Shown: positions 11,775-24,400 of the stretch, piece after piece | Layout: the number at the start of each line of letters is the position of its first letter | Position numbering within the stretch: position 1 is the stretch's first letter | NCBI RefSeq assembly: GCF_001194135.2 | Contig: NC_069003.1 | Span: 16,680,724-16,719,733, forward strand | Direction: 5' to 3' | Origin: Octopus bimaculoides | Taxonomy: Eukaryota | Length of the DNA stretch: 39,010 bases | Made by a program: the position numbers and the translations under genes | The notes under the pieces: generated by a model | What the model saw: only the letters and a program-made list of their open reading frames with translations | Told to the model about the DNA's origin: nothing | Database searches by the model: none

Positions 11775-13315
11775 CACTCTGCATTCCACATTATTAGGCA
11801 AATCAGCCTTCTCTTGATAAATAAATGTAAATTTGTTCAAAACCATTTGTTTTCCCACTGACTGTTAGCAACACCCATCTGTGCACATTCTGTTAAAATA
11901 AATCAGATCTGCTCTGATGAAAACAAACGGTGGACATTATCGTGTAGCAGCAACATTTCTGCTGTCCCAAATTATTAGGAAGGTGCCCAAGTGTCATTAT
12001 GGATCAAAAACGTGATCTTACCTCAAATGAGGAGTCTACCATTGTGTCAGAGCTTGGAAAAGGTAAAACAACCATAGAAATATCAAAAATACTGTCTGGT
12101 CGAGGGGAGACAAAGGTAATTTGAGGGTTGCTTCAAATCATACTTTGTCACGTTTGAAAAGGGAAGTTTTGCAGAACCCATGTCTGACAAGTAGGGAAGT
12201 CTTCAAATGTTGTGGCAGGGAAGACGTATCAAAAATTACCAGGTGTCGCCTCTTGAAGCAGGTAGCCAGGAACGTTAAACCTGTTACAAGGCCCCCTCTG
12301 AAGGCTGTTCATAATCAGAAGAGACTGAAATGGACAGAAAAATACATGAAAATAGATTTATCAACAGTTCTGTTCACTGATAAATGCTGTGCTACCCTTG
12401 ACAGACCAGATGGCTGGAGTAAAGGTTGGGTATCGATCAGAGGGAACTGTCCTCATAGTTTGAGATGCCAACAGGGGAGAAGTGGGATCGTGTTCTGGGC
12501 TGGCATCATCGGTGGTATGATGGTCAGACCATGGAAAGTCCCGATGGCCTTAAGATGACATTGGAAACATATGTTACCTTCTTAAAGGACAATTTCCAAC
12601 CGTGATTCAAAAAGCAAAAACCTTCATTCAAGAGAAAGCTGGTCTTCATGCAAGATAATGCCCTGTCTCATGCAGCGAAGAATTCTAAGGAATACCTGCA
12701 GCAGATAGGCTTCTCTAGAGGCTGTTTAATGGAGTGGCTGTCTTGTTCCCCTAACTTAAACCTGATTGAGAACCTGTGGAGTGTCCTGAAGAGGTGTGTT
12801 TTCCAGGATGGATGGCAGTTTTCAAGTAAAGTTGCCCTCTGGGATGCTATTGTAGATGCTACTCAAAGCATGACACAAAAGGATATCATCACCTTGACAA
12901 ATTCAATGGATCAGCATGTAAGGCAAGTTATTGCATGTGGAGGATCGTACATCAAACATTAGGAGCTGTATGACATGATAATCCCATGATTATTTTCCTT
13001 CAAATGTATTATGTTTACCATTAAATCCTTTATGAATAAATTTTTGTTAAATCTTCACTGTTGAATTAAATAAATGTTTGTTCTGACACAATTATCATTT
13101 TTTCATACTTGTCTAATAATTTGTGGTGGTGAAAATGTTGCCCAACCACAAAAATGGCTGTCATTTGTTGGCGTCTGTACAGATCTGATTTATTTTAACA
13201 GAATGTGCCACAGATAGGTATTGCCAACAGTCAGTGGAAGAACAGCTGGTTTTGTATGAATATACATTTATTTATTGAGAGAAGGTTGATTTGCCTAATA
13301 ATGTGGGACATAGTG
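11775..13315 (+). mobile_element. Near-full-length Tc1 element with ~140-bp TIRs and TA target duplication; transposase broken
   Basis: TIR CACTCTGCATTCCACATTATTAGGCAAATCAGCCTTCTC matches the reverse complement at the right end; TA at 11773-4 and 13316-7; VLFTD, MQDNA..H, SPNLNLIENLW. Confidence 0.93.
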
Positions 13316-13319
13316 TATA

Positions 13320-13475
13320 TACAATGGGCTTTTTTCAGTTTTTGTCAATTAGATCCACTCACAAGACTTTGGTTAGCCTGGGGCTATAGTAGAAGACACT
13401 TTCTCAAGGTGCCACTCAGGGGGACTGAACTCATAGTCATGTGGTTGGGAAGCAAACATCTTACCACATTGCCAC
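13320..13475 (-). mobile_element. tRNA-derived SINE, 5' (head) half
   Basis: ATCCACTCACAAG...TAGTAGAAGACACTT..CAAGGTGCC...GTGGTTGGGAAGCAA. Confidence 0.8.
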
Positions 13476-13524
13476 ATTTACAATGTCCTTCTTGAACCCA
13501 CTAGAAACAATGAAAGTAACTCAC

Positions 13525-13692
13525 CTCTGATGGCCTCAGATGTTCCTTGTAAAAAAACCCTCCAGTCAACATTTTCTTGCTGAATGTCACGATATCTGGG
13601 GCCTCTTGCAGATTGAAGTGCTCATGGGCCCAGAATTTACCTGTCTGGCCACACCCAGTTTGAACTTCATCCATCAAAAATTGGATATTGTA
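13525..13692 (-). CDS. ABAT: ABAT-like exon, 168 nt: [56 protein letters not shown]
   Basis: cttatag acceptor, gtgagt donor; DEVQTG motif and PLP-binding Lys (FSKK); not in the ORF track. Confidence 0.97.
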
Positions 13693-14525
13693 CTATAAGA
13701 GAGTGAAACATGAAAGTAGACAGTGTCATCATTTTTGTTATCATTTTATGTCCAGTTTTCCAACATTTCATGAATTGAACAGAGTTATTGAGGCAGATTT
13801 TCAGTGACTAGAAGCTCTTCCTGTTGCTAACCCTTACCTATTTCCAAGTAAAGTAATATTTCACCATGGCCTGACATGTTTTTTTCAGAATATTGGAAAT
13901 GAATGAGACACAAACACACACAAGTGATGGGCTTCTTTCAGTATATATATATATATTTGTGTATATGATTTATATATATATGATTTATATAAATGATTTC
14001 AGTATATATATATATTTATATATATGAATTAGTTATGAGGATTCATATATATGATTTAGTTATGAGGATCCATCAAGGCATATCAACATATAGGATGCCA
14101 GAAATGGCTAGGTACAATCACATAGAGCTCACAGTGTAATTAAGCAGCATTGTAGACTTCATGTGTTGGCAGGATATGCAAGTATCAAGTACCAAAAATA
14201 TGGTCTGGCATAGGTATAAAAAAAGTAAGCATAAATGGCATGTAAAATTTATGATAGCTGTTTTGGTGGAATTTTATTTAATGTAAAATATTACATAATA
14301 ATATACAATCCATCATCATCATCAGGTAAAATTAAATAAAATTCTACTGAAGCAGCTGTCATACATTTTAAACCTGAGATCACATGGTTAAGAAGCAAGC
14401 TAATTATCCACACAGCTACACTTGTGCCTATAACAACAATGTTAAAATGTTGTGCTGTTAGAAAGTGGAGAGAGAGGAAAGAATATGTTGTTTATACAAG
14501 AGTACCAAGTGTGTAGAAATTTTAC

Positions 14526-14663
14526 CTTCTTTGTAATATCCTGAAGTCCTTGGAAGAAAACAGGTGAGGCATGATTGTCCCCTCCTTCTCCTTGGATTGC
14601 TTCTACAGCGACCCCTACCACTGTCTTTCCAGCTTTGTTGTAGTTAAAGATGAGATCTTCAGC
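14526..14663 (-). CDS. ABAT: ABAT-like exon, 138 nt: AEDLIFNYNKAGKTVVGVAVEAIQGEGGDNHASPVFFQGLQDITKK
   Basis: ttcag acceptor, gtaaa donor; not in the ORF track; ExIQxEGGDNHAS motif. Confidence 0.96.
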
Positions 14664-14912
14664 CTGAACGGAAGAAACATGATTGGTTAATTTGTATTCA
14701 CTTAAGGTATGTATGTGTGTGTGTACTGAGGTGTGTATGTATGTGTGTGTGTATGTATGTGTGTGTGTATGTATGTGTGTGTGTACTGAGGTGTGTATGT
14801 ATGTTTGTTTGTGAGTGCATATGTGCGTTTGTGTGTGTATATTAGTATATTAGTGTCTGTGTGCTGTAAGTATTTACAATGTGACAATAATTGACAAATA
14901 TAGAGACATTAC

Positions 14913-15061
14913 CTCTTCCAAACATCTCTGTTCTTCTTCTCTGTTCTCTCTTGTGAATTCTTCCAGTGGATATCTCAGTCGGGGAAATGATGCCATTGGC
15001 CAATCCAGTTGAGGGAAATCCAGTTTATGAATCCACTTGGCATGGGTCATATTAAGGGCTC
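14913..15061 (-). CDS. ABAT: ABAT-like exon, 149 nt: (G)ALNMTHAKWIHKLDFPQLDWPMASFPRLRYPLEEFTRENREEEQRCLEE
   Basis: ctccag acceptor, gtaatg donor; THxKxIHKxD and DWPxAxFP motifs. Confidence 0.96.
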
Positions 15062-15217
15062 CTGGAGAAATATTAAAAGTAGTATGATAGTGGTGGTGGT
15101 GGTGGTGGTAATGGTTGTAGTGGACGTAGTAATGGTGATGGTGGTGGTTGTAGTAGTTTTGGTAGTGGTGGTGGTGTTGGTAGTAGTACAGGTGCCAATA
15201 TGAAACAACAAACTCAC
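15062..15217 (-). repeat. 156-nt ABAT intron composed mostly of (CAC/TAC)n trinucleotide repeat
   Basis: GT..AG boundaries; repeat content visible directly. Confidence 0.85.
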
Positions 15218-15347
15218 CCATTGTTCGTCCATGTAATGAACCACTAAAAGACAACAATGTCAAATTATTTGGTGAACCAGGATGCTGGCCCTTAATGCAC
15301 GACTGTAATTCTTCTGTTGTTGGTGGTTTACCATCTCGGACTTTTTT
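15218..15347 (-). CDS. ABAT: ABAT-like exon, 130 nt: KKVRDGKPPTTEELQSCIKGQHPGSPNNLTLLSFSGSLHGRTM(G)
   Basis: ttggcag acceptor, gtgagt donor; HGRT motif carrying the substrate-binding Arg. Confidence 0.94.
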
Positions 15348-15961
15348 CTGCCAATAGTAACAGCATATGTAGTAGTAGTAGTAGTAGCAGCAACAGTGGT
15401 GGTAAAGATTATGATGGTGGTGGTGATAGAGTAGGTGGTGACAGTGGGATTAACAAGTGTAGGGGTAATGCTGGTAATGATGTAAGAGTAGCAGAAGTAG
15501 TAGTGGTGGTAGTGATTGTAGTAACAGCATGTAACAGGATGAGACAGTATACAACATGTACAGGATCCAACATGTATGAGAGAGGCTAAGACTCACAAGA
15601 AGTGGAAGAATCCTGTCAGTGTCAACAGAATTTTGTGACAGTAGATATAAAAATGATACAAAATACAATGTGACAGGACTTTGTGATACAGCATTTAGTG
15701 TGATGGGATTTTGTAACTTCTGTGTTACTTAGTGACATTGGATGCAGAGTGACAGGACTTTGTGACAGTACAGTGTAACTTTGACACTAAATTTAGCGTA
15801 ACAGAATCTTGTGTCATTGGATAGAGTGACAGTGATCAGAACATGACAGAATACAAAACAATAGAGTACATAATCCATAGATAGCAGAATTGTAACAGGA
15901 ACAAGTTAGAGTGCAACAGGATATAACTATAAATGTCATGGTGGTGCATTATGCCATTTAC

Positions 15962-16054
15962 CTGATGTGCCATGAACATTAACTTTTGGCTGTTTTCCAG
16001 GGAGCAGGAACCACAGGCCATGGTTTGGACAGCATTCAAACCTGGTGGAGCAAC
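15962..16054 (-). CDS. ABAT: ABAT-like exon, 93 nt: VAPPGLNAVQTMACGSCSLENSQKLMFMAHQ
   Basis: ttgcag acceptor, gtaaat donor; contains the CGSC pair that ligates the [2Fe-2S] cluster in mammalian GABA-AT. Confidence 0.96.
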
Positions 16055-16449
16055 CTGCAAATTAAACAAAGACAAACAGTGAAACTGTGTTAACATCAAG
16101 TGAGTTTCAGTTGAAACCAGAACTCAAGGACATTGTTGAAGGTTTTTGTTCGTTGGTTGGCAATAATTAATTCAACAGGATGGGTTAACTACCTTGTAAC
16201 CATAGGAATGGCTCTCGCCATCCCTCTCTCTCTCCTTCTCTCCCTGGCTGGTTGTTGTGCTGGGTCAAAGGTGGGAAGGCCAAGATAGAGTCTCTGTTTG
16301 CTCATGACAATATAAGGACATTAAACAACTAGTGAAACATTGTACTATATGTTACTGAGTTATCCTTGATTTGGAGTGAGCAGCTATAAGAATTACAGTA
16401 GACAGACTGTTCAAACCCTGCTGGTGATGTTACAATTACCACTTTTTAT

Positions 16450-19400
16450 GTCTTCTATATCATGTTGGTGACGAAACTGGCAACCCCATAGAGCTTGCTC
16501 TGTGAGGAGGGTGTTTTTTCTTGCTATTTGGTCCCCCTGCAGGATTAAATGCAAGACCTGTCAAAGGGTGGATGAACTATGCAATAAGCAATTGTCTTTG
16601 CTTTGTTATGATACTTATTAAGTCCTTACCTGCTTAAGATAGCAGCTATAAATAACAACTTTGCTGCCTTCTGGCAATACCCACCTAAAGAAAAGGCTGC
16701 AGGAGAAAACCCCGAGGATAAATCCCTAAGGCAGTTCAATGTTGCAGACAACCTCATTCTGGCAACTCCTGCAACCCCACTTGGTGTACAGGGGAAATGT
16801 GTCACATGGGCAGCTGCGGATTTTCCATGAAAAACTGCCCAGGCCTGCACTCTGGAGAGGACCCTAACCATGGCAGCAAAACACAGAAAGCAGCAGTCAA
16901 CCGGTTTTAAGCCTGTACATAATTGACATAAGAGTAAAGTGCTAGAGGCTGCTTTCAGCAGAAGGAGAGGCCATTGTGCCTCACTGGGCAGCTAACACTC
17001 ATCTCAAACTGGGCAGTCCCCAGCCAGTTAGGTGCTATCCTGTCACAGCCCACCTGCTCCACTGGGTGCATGGAGCTTTGGGAAACTAACATCCCAAATT
17101 GTGAGCTGTAAACATTGCACCAAGAAAAATGAAGAAACAAACAAGCAAGCAACAAAAAAACCAGCATTCAGACTCAGATGTTGGAACATAAGGACAATGA
17201 CAACTGGTCTGTCAGAGGACCTTCAAAAAATCAGCAACACATGCAAGACAGCAGTGATCAACAACAAACTGCTTTGACTCTGAGTAGGCATTGCAGCACT
17301 CCAGGAAATGAAACTCTCAGACTCGAGGACCCTTCGTGAAAGAGATTATACCTTTTTCTGGAAAGGGAAAGGCACAGATGAAGTCAGAGAGCATGGTGTC
17401 AGTTTTGCTGTGAAGAACTCTCTGCTAAAGTTGGTAGAACTCAACAATGACGATTCAGAGGAAATACTCTCACTTCGATTGCACACTTCTGATAGGCCTA
17501 ACAACCTTATCTTCATAAGACGTCAAGGACAAGTTCTATGATTAACGCTCTAGGAAAATACAGGCAACTCCATATGGAGAACAGCTAGTGCTACTGAGTG
17601 ACTTCAACGCCAGAGTGGGAGCTGATCACGACTACTGGCCAGGGTGTCTGGGTCAATATGGGGTTGGCAATATGAACAAAAATGCGCAACGGCTGCTTGA
17701 GCTCTGCATGTTCCATGGACTATGTGTCACCAACACCTACTTCTAGGTCAAAGCTCAGCACAGGGTCTCCTGGTGTCACCCTTGCTCAGGCACCAGCTAA
17801 ATTTGATTATCACAAGATGCAACCACCTGAGGAATATTCTGACTCAATATTTTCAGAGTGCTGACTGCAACACAAATCACTCCCTGGTTTGCTGTAATCT
17901 CAAACTCCAACCAAAAATGATGCATTGTACCAAGCCCCCAGGTAAGCAGCACATCAATACTACCACAACCCAACAATCAACTGACAGATACATTCCTCAT
18001 GACACTGGAAAACGACCTTCTTGCAGACCCACCAGAAGTCAATATTCAGCAGGGATGGAACTCTTTCAGTGACATCATCTAGAGCACTGCACTGTGGACC
18101 TTTGGGAGGAGGGGGAAAATGACACATGACTGGTTTGAGGCAAATGTGAAAGAACTCAATACCCCCAGGAGGAGAAGTGTGCTGCCCTACTGAAGCATAA
18201 ACAACAACCCACCAGTACAACGCTGGTGGGTTGTTGTTTATGCTTAAACAACAACGCACCAGTACAACGCTGTAAAGAATAGTATGCATAAGATAGTAAA
18301 GCGGTGTGAAAATGACTACTGGTTACAACAATGTGCATATATCCACCTGTTGTTGGCATATATCCACCTGTTGTATCAAGAAAGCCATCAGCCCAAAATA
18401 GTTCCACTCAAATCCAGAGCAGGAGAAGTTATCAAAAACAAAAGGGAGCTGCTGCAGAGATGGTTGGAACATTATTCCAAACTCTACACCAAAGGAAAAA
18501 ACATCTTGGACAGTGCGCTAGACACCGTAGAGCATCAACTTGTCATGGAGGAGCTGGATGAACTACCAACTGCTGAAGAACTGAGCAGAGCCATTGATGG
18601 CTTGCCCACTGGAAAAGCACCATATTTGGATGGCATCCCACCAGAGACCATCAAATGTACAAGCTACTGTGTCAGTGCTGGGAGGAAGGATCAGTACTGC
18701 AAGACTCGAGAGACTGCAATATTGTCACCTTATATAAGAACAAAGGAGACAAAAGTGACTGCAATGACTACCAAGGCATCTCACTGTTAAGCATCGATGG
18801 GAAAGTTTTTTCCCATGTGACTGTAAATAGGCTATAGAAAATTGCTGAGAGGGTATACCCCGAATCTCAATGTAGTTTCTGAGCAAAACACTCCACCATC
18901 AACATGATTTCTCTCCAACAGCTACAAGAAAAGTGCCACTCTTTATTACCTTCATTGACCTCACAAAGGCTTTTAACCTAGTCAGTAGAGATGGCCTGTT
19001 CAAAATCCTAGCCAAGATTGGCTGTCCTCCAAGACTTCTCAAGATTATTCAATCACTTCACACGGACATGAAAGGCATCGTTCAATTTGATGGCTGTTTT
19101 TCGGAGGCATTCAATATACACACCAGCATGAAACAGGGCTGTGTACTTTCCCCCACCCTATTTGGCATCTTCTTTGCAGTCATGCTGAAACATGCATTTG
19201 GGACATCAGCTGATGGTGTTTACCTCTGCACCAGGTCAAGTGGAAAACTGTTTAGTCTGTCAAGGCTGATAGCAAAATCCAAGGTGCACCAGGTACTCAT
19301 CAGAGAAATGCTGTTTGCAGATGATACAGCACTGACAGCGCAAAAATGTAGCATCTCGTGGACAAACTCTCAGAGGTCTCTCAGGAATTCAGCCTGACTA

Positions 19401-20300
19401 TCAGTCTGAAGAAGACCCAAGTAAAGGGTAAAGTGTCAAGCATGCCACCCCCCTTACCATCACCATCAATAACCAAAAACTGGAGGTAGTTCAAATCACT
19501 CATCTCGGCTCTACCATTACTGATGACCTCTTCCTGGACCCTGTGATCAATAGGCGAATTGGACAAGCATCCTCGACATTTGCCAGGCTCCCAAAGAAAG
19601 TCTGGGGGAAAAAGTGACTGCAAACACCAAAATTGTTGTCTTAGTACACTAAGTGTCTTTGGTACACTAAGTGTCTTTGGTACACTACTTTATGGCAGTG
19701 AAATGTGGAGCCTCTACTCTAGACAGGAGTGGCATCTCAACGTCTTTCCCCTTTGCAATTTAAGACATATCTTGGACATCAAGTGGACTGATCACATCAC
19801 TAACACCAAGTCCTCAACTGAGTCAAGATACCCAGCATACACATCTTGCTCCAGTAGCGTCATTTGTGATGGCTTGGTCATGTTCATCGCATGCCAGATG
19901 GAAAGATCCCAAAAGACCTCCAGTATAGGGAATAGGCTACTGGCATAAGAGCACGAAGACAACTTCATCTTCGTTTCAAAAATGTCTGTTAGAGAGATAT
20001 GAAGTCACTTGATCTGGACGTCTTGAGATAGGAGGAAGTTGCAAATGATTGCCCACACTGGAGGCAAATACTGTGAAAGAGACTGAAGAGAGCGGAAGAA
20101 AAACAGGTACTCGCCATCAAAGAAAAGTGACAGAAGGAAAAATCAGTAGCACCAGCAGAGAGCTCCTTCAAATGCAGTTGCTGTGTGCATGATTGCCACT
20201 CCTGTGTGGGCCTGTACAGCCACAACAGGTGCTGCACCACCATCAACAGCTGACATGATTTCTTTGGGCACAGATCCATAGCCTCTCGAGACCAAAGGAT
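16450..20300 (+). mobile_element. Near-full-length decayed RTE (BovB-like) LINE: 5' UTR, APE endonuclease, RT, C-terminal Cys/His motif; antisense to ABAT
   Basis: CWNIRT, IAALQE, DFNARVG, GKAPYLDGIPPE, FIDLTKAFNLV, KQGCVLSPTLF, LFADD, LLYGSEMW, CxxCxxxCHSxxGLYSH; 5' boundary approximate. Confidence 0.93.
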
Positions 20301-20394
20301 AGCTACTATATTACATGCATACAAACATCAAATATACATGTACACACACATGTATGTATCTATATACAAGGATGTGTGTGTGTGTGTGTGTGTG

Positions 20395-21400
20395 TACAGG
20401 GAGTTGATGCATATTTTCGGACACCTGAGATGTCGTGTTTACAGACACTTATTAATAAAGAATGCCCTTTTAGAGTAAAACAATATAGATATATGCATTA
20501 TATTCCTGTTGTGATTGCACTCCCTGAGGGTACACATTTCAGTAGTATTTTATAAAAATTTTATTAAAATCATGTGATAGTATTTTTTGGACATTCATTC
20601 TTTGTATCGGACAAACATGTTCATTATAACATCTCTTTTTTGTATCTATCAGTCTTGTTTCCATAATTCTACTTATCACTGCTGGTCTGTCACATGCAAG
20701 CTGTGACAACATTACAGATATTCTTTATTTTCATGTCTCGCATCCATTCCTTGACTGTTTTTGACATGTGAAAGAGGCAGTTATCCTCTTGGAGGATAAA
20801 ATTATCTCCCATTTCTTCTTTAATATGGGGAAAGGCTCTTGTTTGAAACAGCTGGATGTAACTTATGCTGTTCTAGCTTCCTTTCAGCCACAAAAATATC
20901 TGCTTGGAAAGACCATACCCCATATCATTACTCCAACTTCACCCATTTACCTTTTGCTTGTCACTAATTTATCATTCCTTGACTAAGAGCACCAGCTGTT
21001 GGGTCCAGTGAATTTAAATTGCTTCCCATCAGTAAAAATTACTTTAGTAAAATCACCAGAAGTAATTAACCATAATTTTGCACAGTCTAACTTTGCCTTA
21101 TGTCTTTTGCTTAAATGAATTTTCCTCTTGGCCTTTCCATGCTCATATCCAGTTTTTCAGTATTCTTTGAACTGTTCGAATATTTACATCTATTTCACAT
21201 TTTTCCTTCACCTTCCATGCTGTTTCCTTTTCTCCAGCTACCAGTACACACGACACAGTCATCTTCATTTGCTTTTGAGTACTCTTCCAAAGCAACTTTT
21301 TCTTTCCTCTTTTCTTCTTCCAGTTGTAGTAATTCTTTAACATATATTCCACTGTAGACTTTGGAATCCTCAAATCTTCCTTTGAATTAAAGAAATTATT
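20395..21400 (-). mobile_element. Decayed Tc1-like transposase remnant
   Basis: Minus strand IPKSTVEY..., VNIRTVQRIL, KVIFTD, FILQEDNC..H..KTVKEW; no matching second TIR found. Confidence 0.75.
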
Positions 21401-21834
21401 TCCTTTGAATACATTTTCATATGAAAAAAATTTTTTCTCAGGTAAAAAAAAAAAAGGTTTCTTGAAGGATTATTGGATTATTGCATGTTGCCTTTGCATC
21501 AGAAAGTTTGCACAAATAAATATGAAGGGGTTGTCTAAGGTGATGCTAAAGTAAACATTCTGTTATGTCTGAAAAATAATATATAATTTAGATTAAAATA
21601 TGCAAAAAGGGTTCGCAATATAGAAAAGACTGAAACAAGTATCTTACTTTCAGTCAATTTAAAGTTTGCAAATATGTGCTTAGCTATTCTAAGTAGCTCC
21701 ATGAAATAAACTTTTGCCAACCTCCCATATATATATATATATTACCATTATTATTGTTGTTGTTATTATTACCACCAAAACCACCACCACCACCACCACC
21801 ACCACCACTACCACTACTACTACTACTACTACTA

Positions 21835-22245
21835 AGGCGGTGAGTAGGCAAAATCGTTAGCATGCTGGACAAAATACTTAGCGGTATTTTGCCTGTCACT
21901 ACATTCTGAGTTCAAATTCCGCTGAGGTCGACTTTGCCTTCCATCCTTTCAGGGTCGATAAATTAAGTACCAGTGAAACACTGGGAATCAATGTAATCGA
22001 CTATCCTTCTCCCCCAAATTTCAGGCTTTGTACCTATAGTAGAAAGGTTTATAATAATAATTATTATTATTATTACTAAGGTAGTGAGTTGGCATGCTAG
22101 GGAAAAAGCTTAGCGGCATTTCATCCATCTTTATGGTCTGAGTTCAAATTCTGCCGAGGTTGACTTTGCCCTGCATCCTTCTGGGATCAATAAAATAAGT
22201 ACCAGTTGAACACTAGGGGTGATGTAATTGACTCATCCCCTCCCC
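21835..22245 (+). mobile_element. Two tandem SINE copies (21835-22050, 22078-22245) with a Nin/DeuSINE-like central domain
   Basis: Both carry GAGGT(C/T)GACTTTGCC..CATCCTT...GGG.TC.ATAAA.TAAGTACCAG; family name is from memory. Confidence 0.75.
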
Positions 22246-22279
22246 CAGTACTCGTGCCCTTGTAGAAAAATTTGAAACC

Positions 22280-22396
22280 ATTATTACTATTTAAAACAGT
22301 TTGATTCAGTCCCATGCAAACTTACAGAAAATTTAAGTCAGATGGGGCAAAATCTGTTTTAAATAATAATATATGTAACTTCCACTAAATGTGTTG
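22280..22396. mobile_element. Short foldback related to the element at 37065-37434
   Basis: Shares ATTATTA..TTTAAAA.AGTTTGATT...CCATGCAA.CTTA and AAATAATAAT.TATGTAACTTC.AC.AAATGTGTTG. Confidence 0.6.
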
Positions 22397-22404
22397 CCCA
22401 CTCA

Positions 22405-22440
<36 letters not shown>

Positions 22441-22788
22441 NNNNNNNNNNNNNNNNNNNNNNNNNNNNNNNNNNNNNNNNNNNNNNNNNNNNNNNNNNNN
22501 NNNNNNNNNNNNNNNNNNNNNNNNNNNNNNNNNNNNNNNNNNNNNNNNNNNNNNNNNNNNNNNNNNNNNNNNNNNNNNNNNNNNNNNNNNNNNNNNNNNN
22601 NNNNNNNNNNNNNNNNNNNNNNNNNNNNNNNNNNNNNNNNNNNNNNNNNNNNNNNNNNNNNNNNNNNNNNNNNNNNNNNNNNNNNNNNNNNNNNNNNNNN
22701 NNNNNNNNNNNNNNNNNNNNNNNNNNNNNNNNNNNNNNNNNNNNNNNNNNNNNNNNNNNNNNNNNNNNNNNNNNNNNNNNNNNNNNNN

Positions 22789-22998
22789 GGCACATAAAAG
22801 ACACCATTTCGAGCGTGGCCGTTTTCGTGCGGGTGACACGTAAAAGCACCCACTACACTCTCTGAGTGGTTGGCGTTAGGAAGGGCATCCAGCTGTAGAA
22901 ACTCTGCTAAATTAGATTGGAGCCTGGTGTAGCCATCCGGTTGCACCAGTCCTCAGTCAAATCGTCCAACCCATGCTAGCATGGAAAGCGGACGTTAA

Positions 22999-23030
<32 letters not shown>
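22789..23030 (+). mobile_element. RTE 3'-tail / SINE-like copy ending in (GAT)n
   Basis: Near-identical to 10070-10255. Confidence 0.88.
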
Positions 23031-23033
<3 letters not shown>

Positions 23034-23059
23034 ATATATATATATATATACACCAATAT

Positions 23060-24400
23060 TCCACATGATTTAAGAATAAAGGCGATTAGATACTGGTTAG
23101 AAAAACATTGAGAAGTGATCCCCAATAGATTCACAGTGCCATTTATATTAGACACAGAGTTATTCTAGAAAACAGCACATTCATTTTCAATGGAAAGAAT
23201 TACATCCAAATTAAAGGCACGGCGATGGGAATGAGGTTTGCTCTCATTTATGCAAACTCTGTAATGGGATATCTAGAACAACAACTTTACCAAGAAGTAG
23301 AGGAAAACTATAGCACTGGATTTAGAAATTATATCGAAAACGTGATTGTTTCATAATCTGGACAGAATCTCTAAATATTCTGGGAGAGTTCAATATCCTC
23401 CTGAACAACCTACACCCATCTCTCCAATTTACAAAGGAGATGAGTAGTACCAAATTACCATTCCTAGATATAATGGTAATTGAAATGGACACCATCATTA
23501 CCACAAATATATACTACAAACACATGGAGATACATCAATACCTGAATTTTAAGTCATGCCATCCACCACATACAAAACACATCCCATACTGCCTAGCCAG
23601 AAGAATTTGTACCATTGTACAAGAAGCAAATATCAGGAACAAGCACCTAACAGAACTAAGAGAATTTTTGCTCAAACAAAAATACCCGTCTCTACTTATA
23701 GAAAATGGCATACAGAAGGTTATAAAAATATCTATACAACAACTGAGAACAACCCAAAGAAGTGGAGAACAGGCACATGTCATACCATTTATAGTGACAT
23801 ACAATCCATGTCACCAGAATATCTTCAACATTGCCAAAGCAGATTTACCAATCATTGCTCAAAGTAATGAATTAAAAGATATAATCACAGATTGAGCTAT
23901 GGTTCTTAGTAAAAGACAGCCTAAAAACTTGAAAAAATATTAAAGGCAAAGTTTGACCTTAGCAACTAAGACCAATCATTCACTGTATCTAAATGCAAGA
24001 ATAGCCGATGTGGTACATGTCAATTCAAACATACCAGCCAATATATGAACACAAAAACTGGAAAAATATTTACAAACGCAAATATGAACTGCAAAAGCAG
24101 AAATTTAATTTACTGTATCAAATGCCCAATTTGTGAAGACTATATGTAAACCAGACTGGAAATGCACTATCAGAACGTTCATGTGTGCACCGACTGCAAA
24201 TTAGAGACCCATATGTCTGTCAGATACCTTTGAGTAACCATCTAGCAACATGTGGTCGGAAAATATTTATAATATTTCCATTCTACAAACTACACAGTGC
24301 AAGTGAAATTGAAAGAAAAATCAGGGAAAATAACTTTATGAATAAATTCCAACCCAAGCTAAATAAACAATAATACTAATACTTAGAAGTACTATTTCTA
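23060..24400 (+). mobile_element. Penelope-like retroelement (RT C-terminal half + GIY-YIG), decayed
   Basis: YIQIKGTAMG, LPFLDI, HQYLNFKSCHP, IPYCLARRICTI, LIYCIKC, FQPKLN. Confidence 0.92.

Noticed and set aside
16630-16705. Exon-like segment with AG/GT flanks on the minus strand
   Set aside because: No ABAT similarity; the true upstream exon is at 29700-29780. At most a cryptic exon at the LINE 5' end
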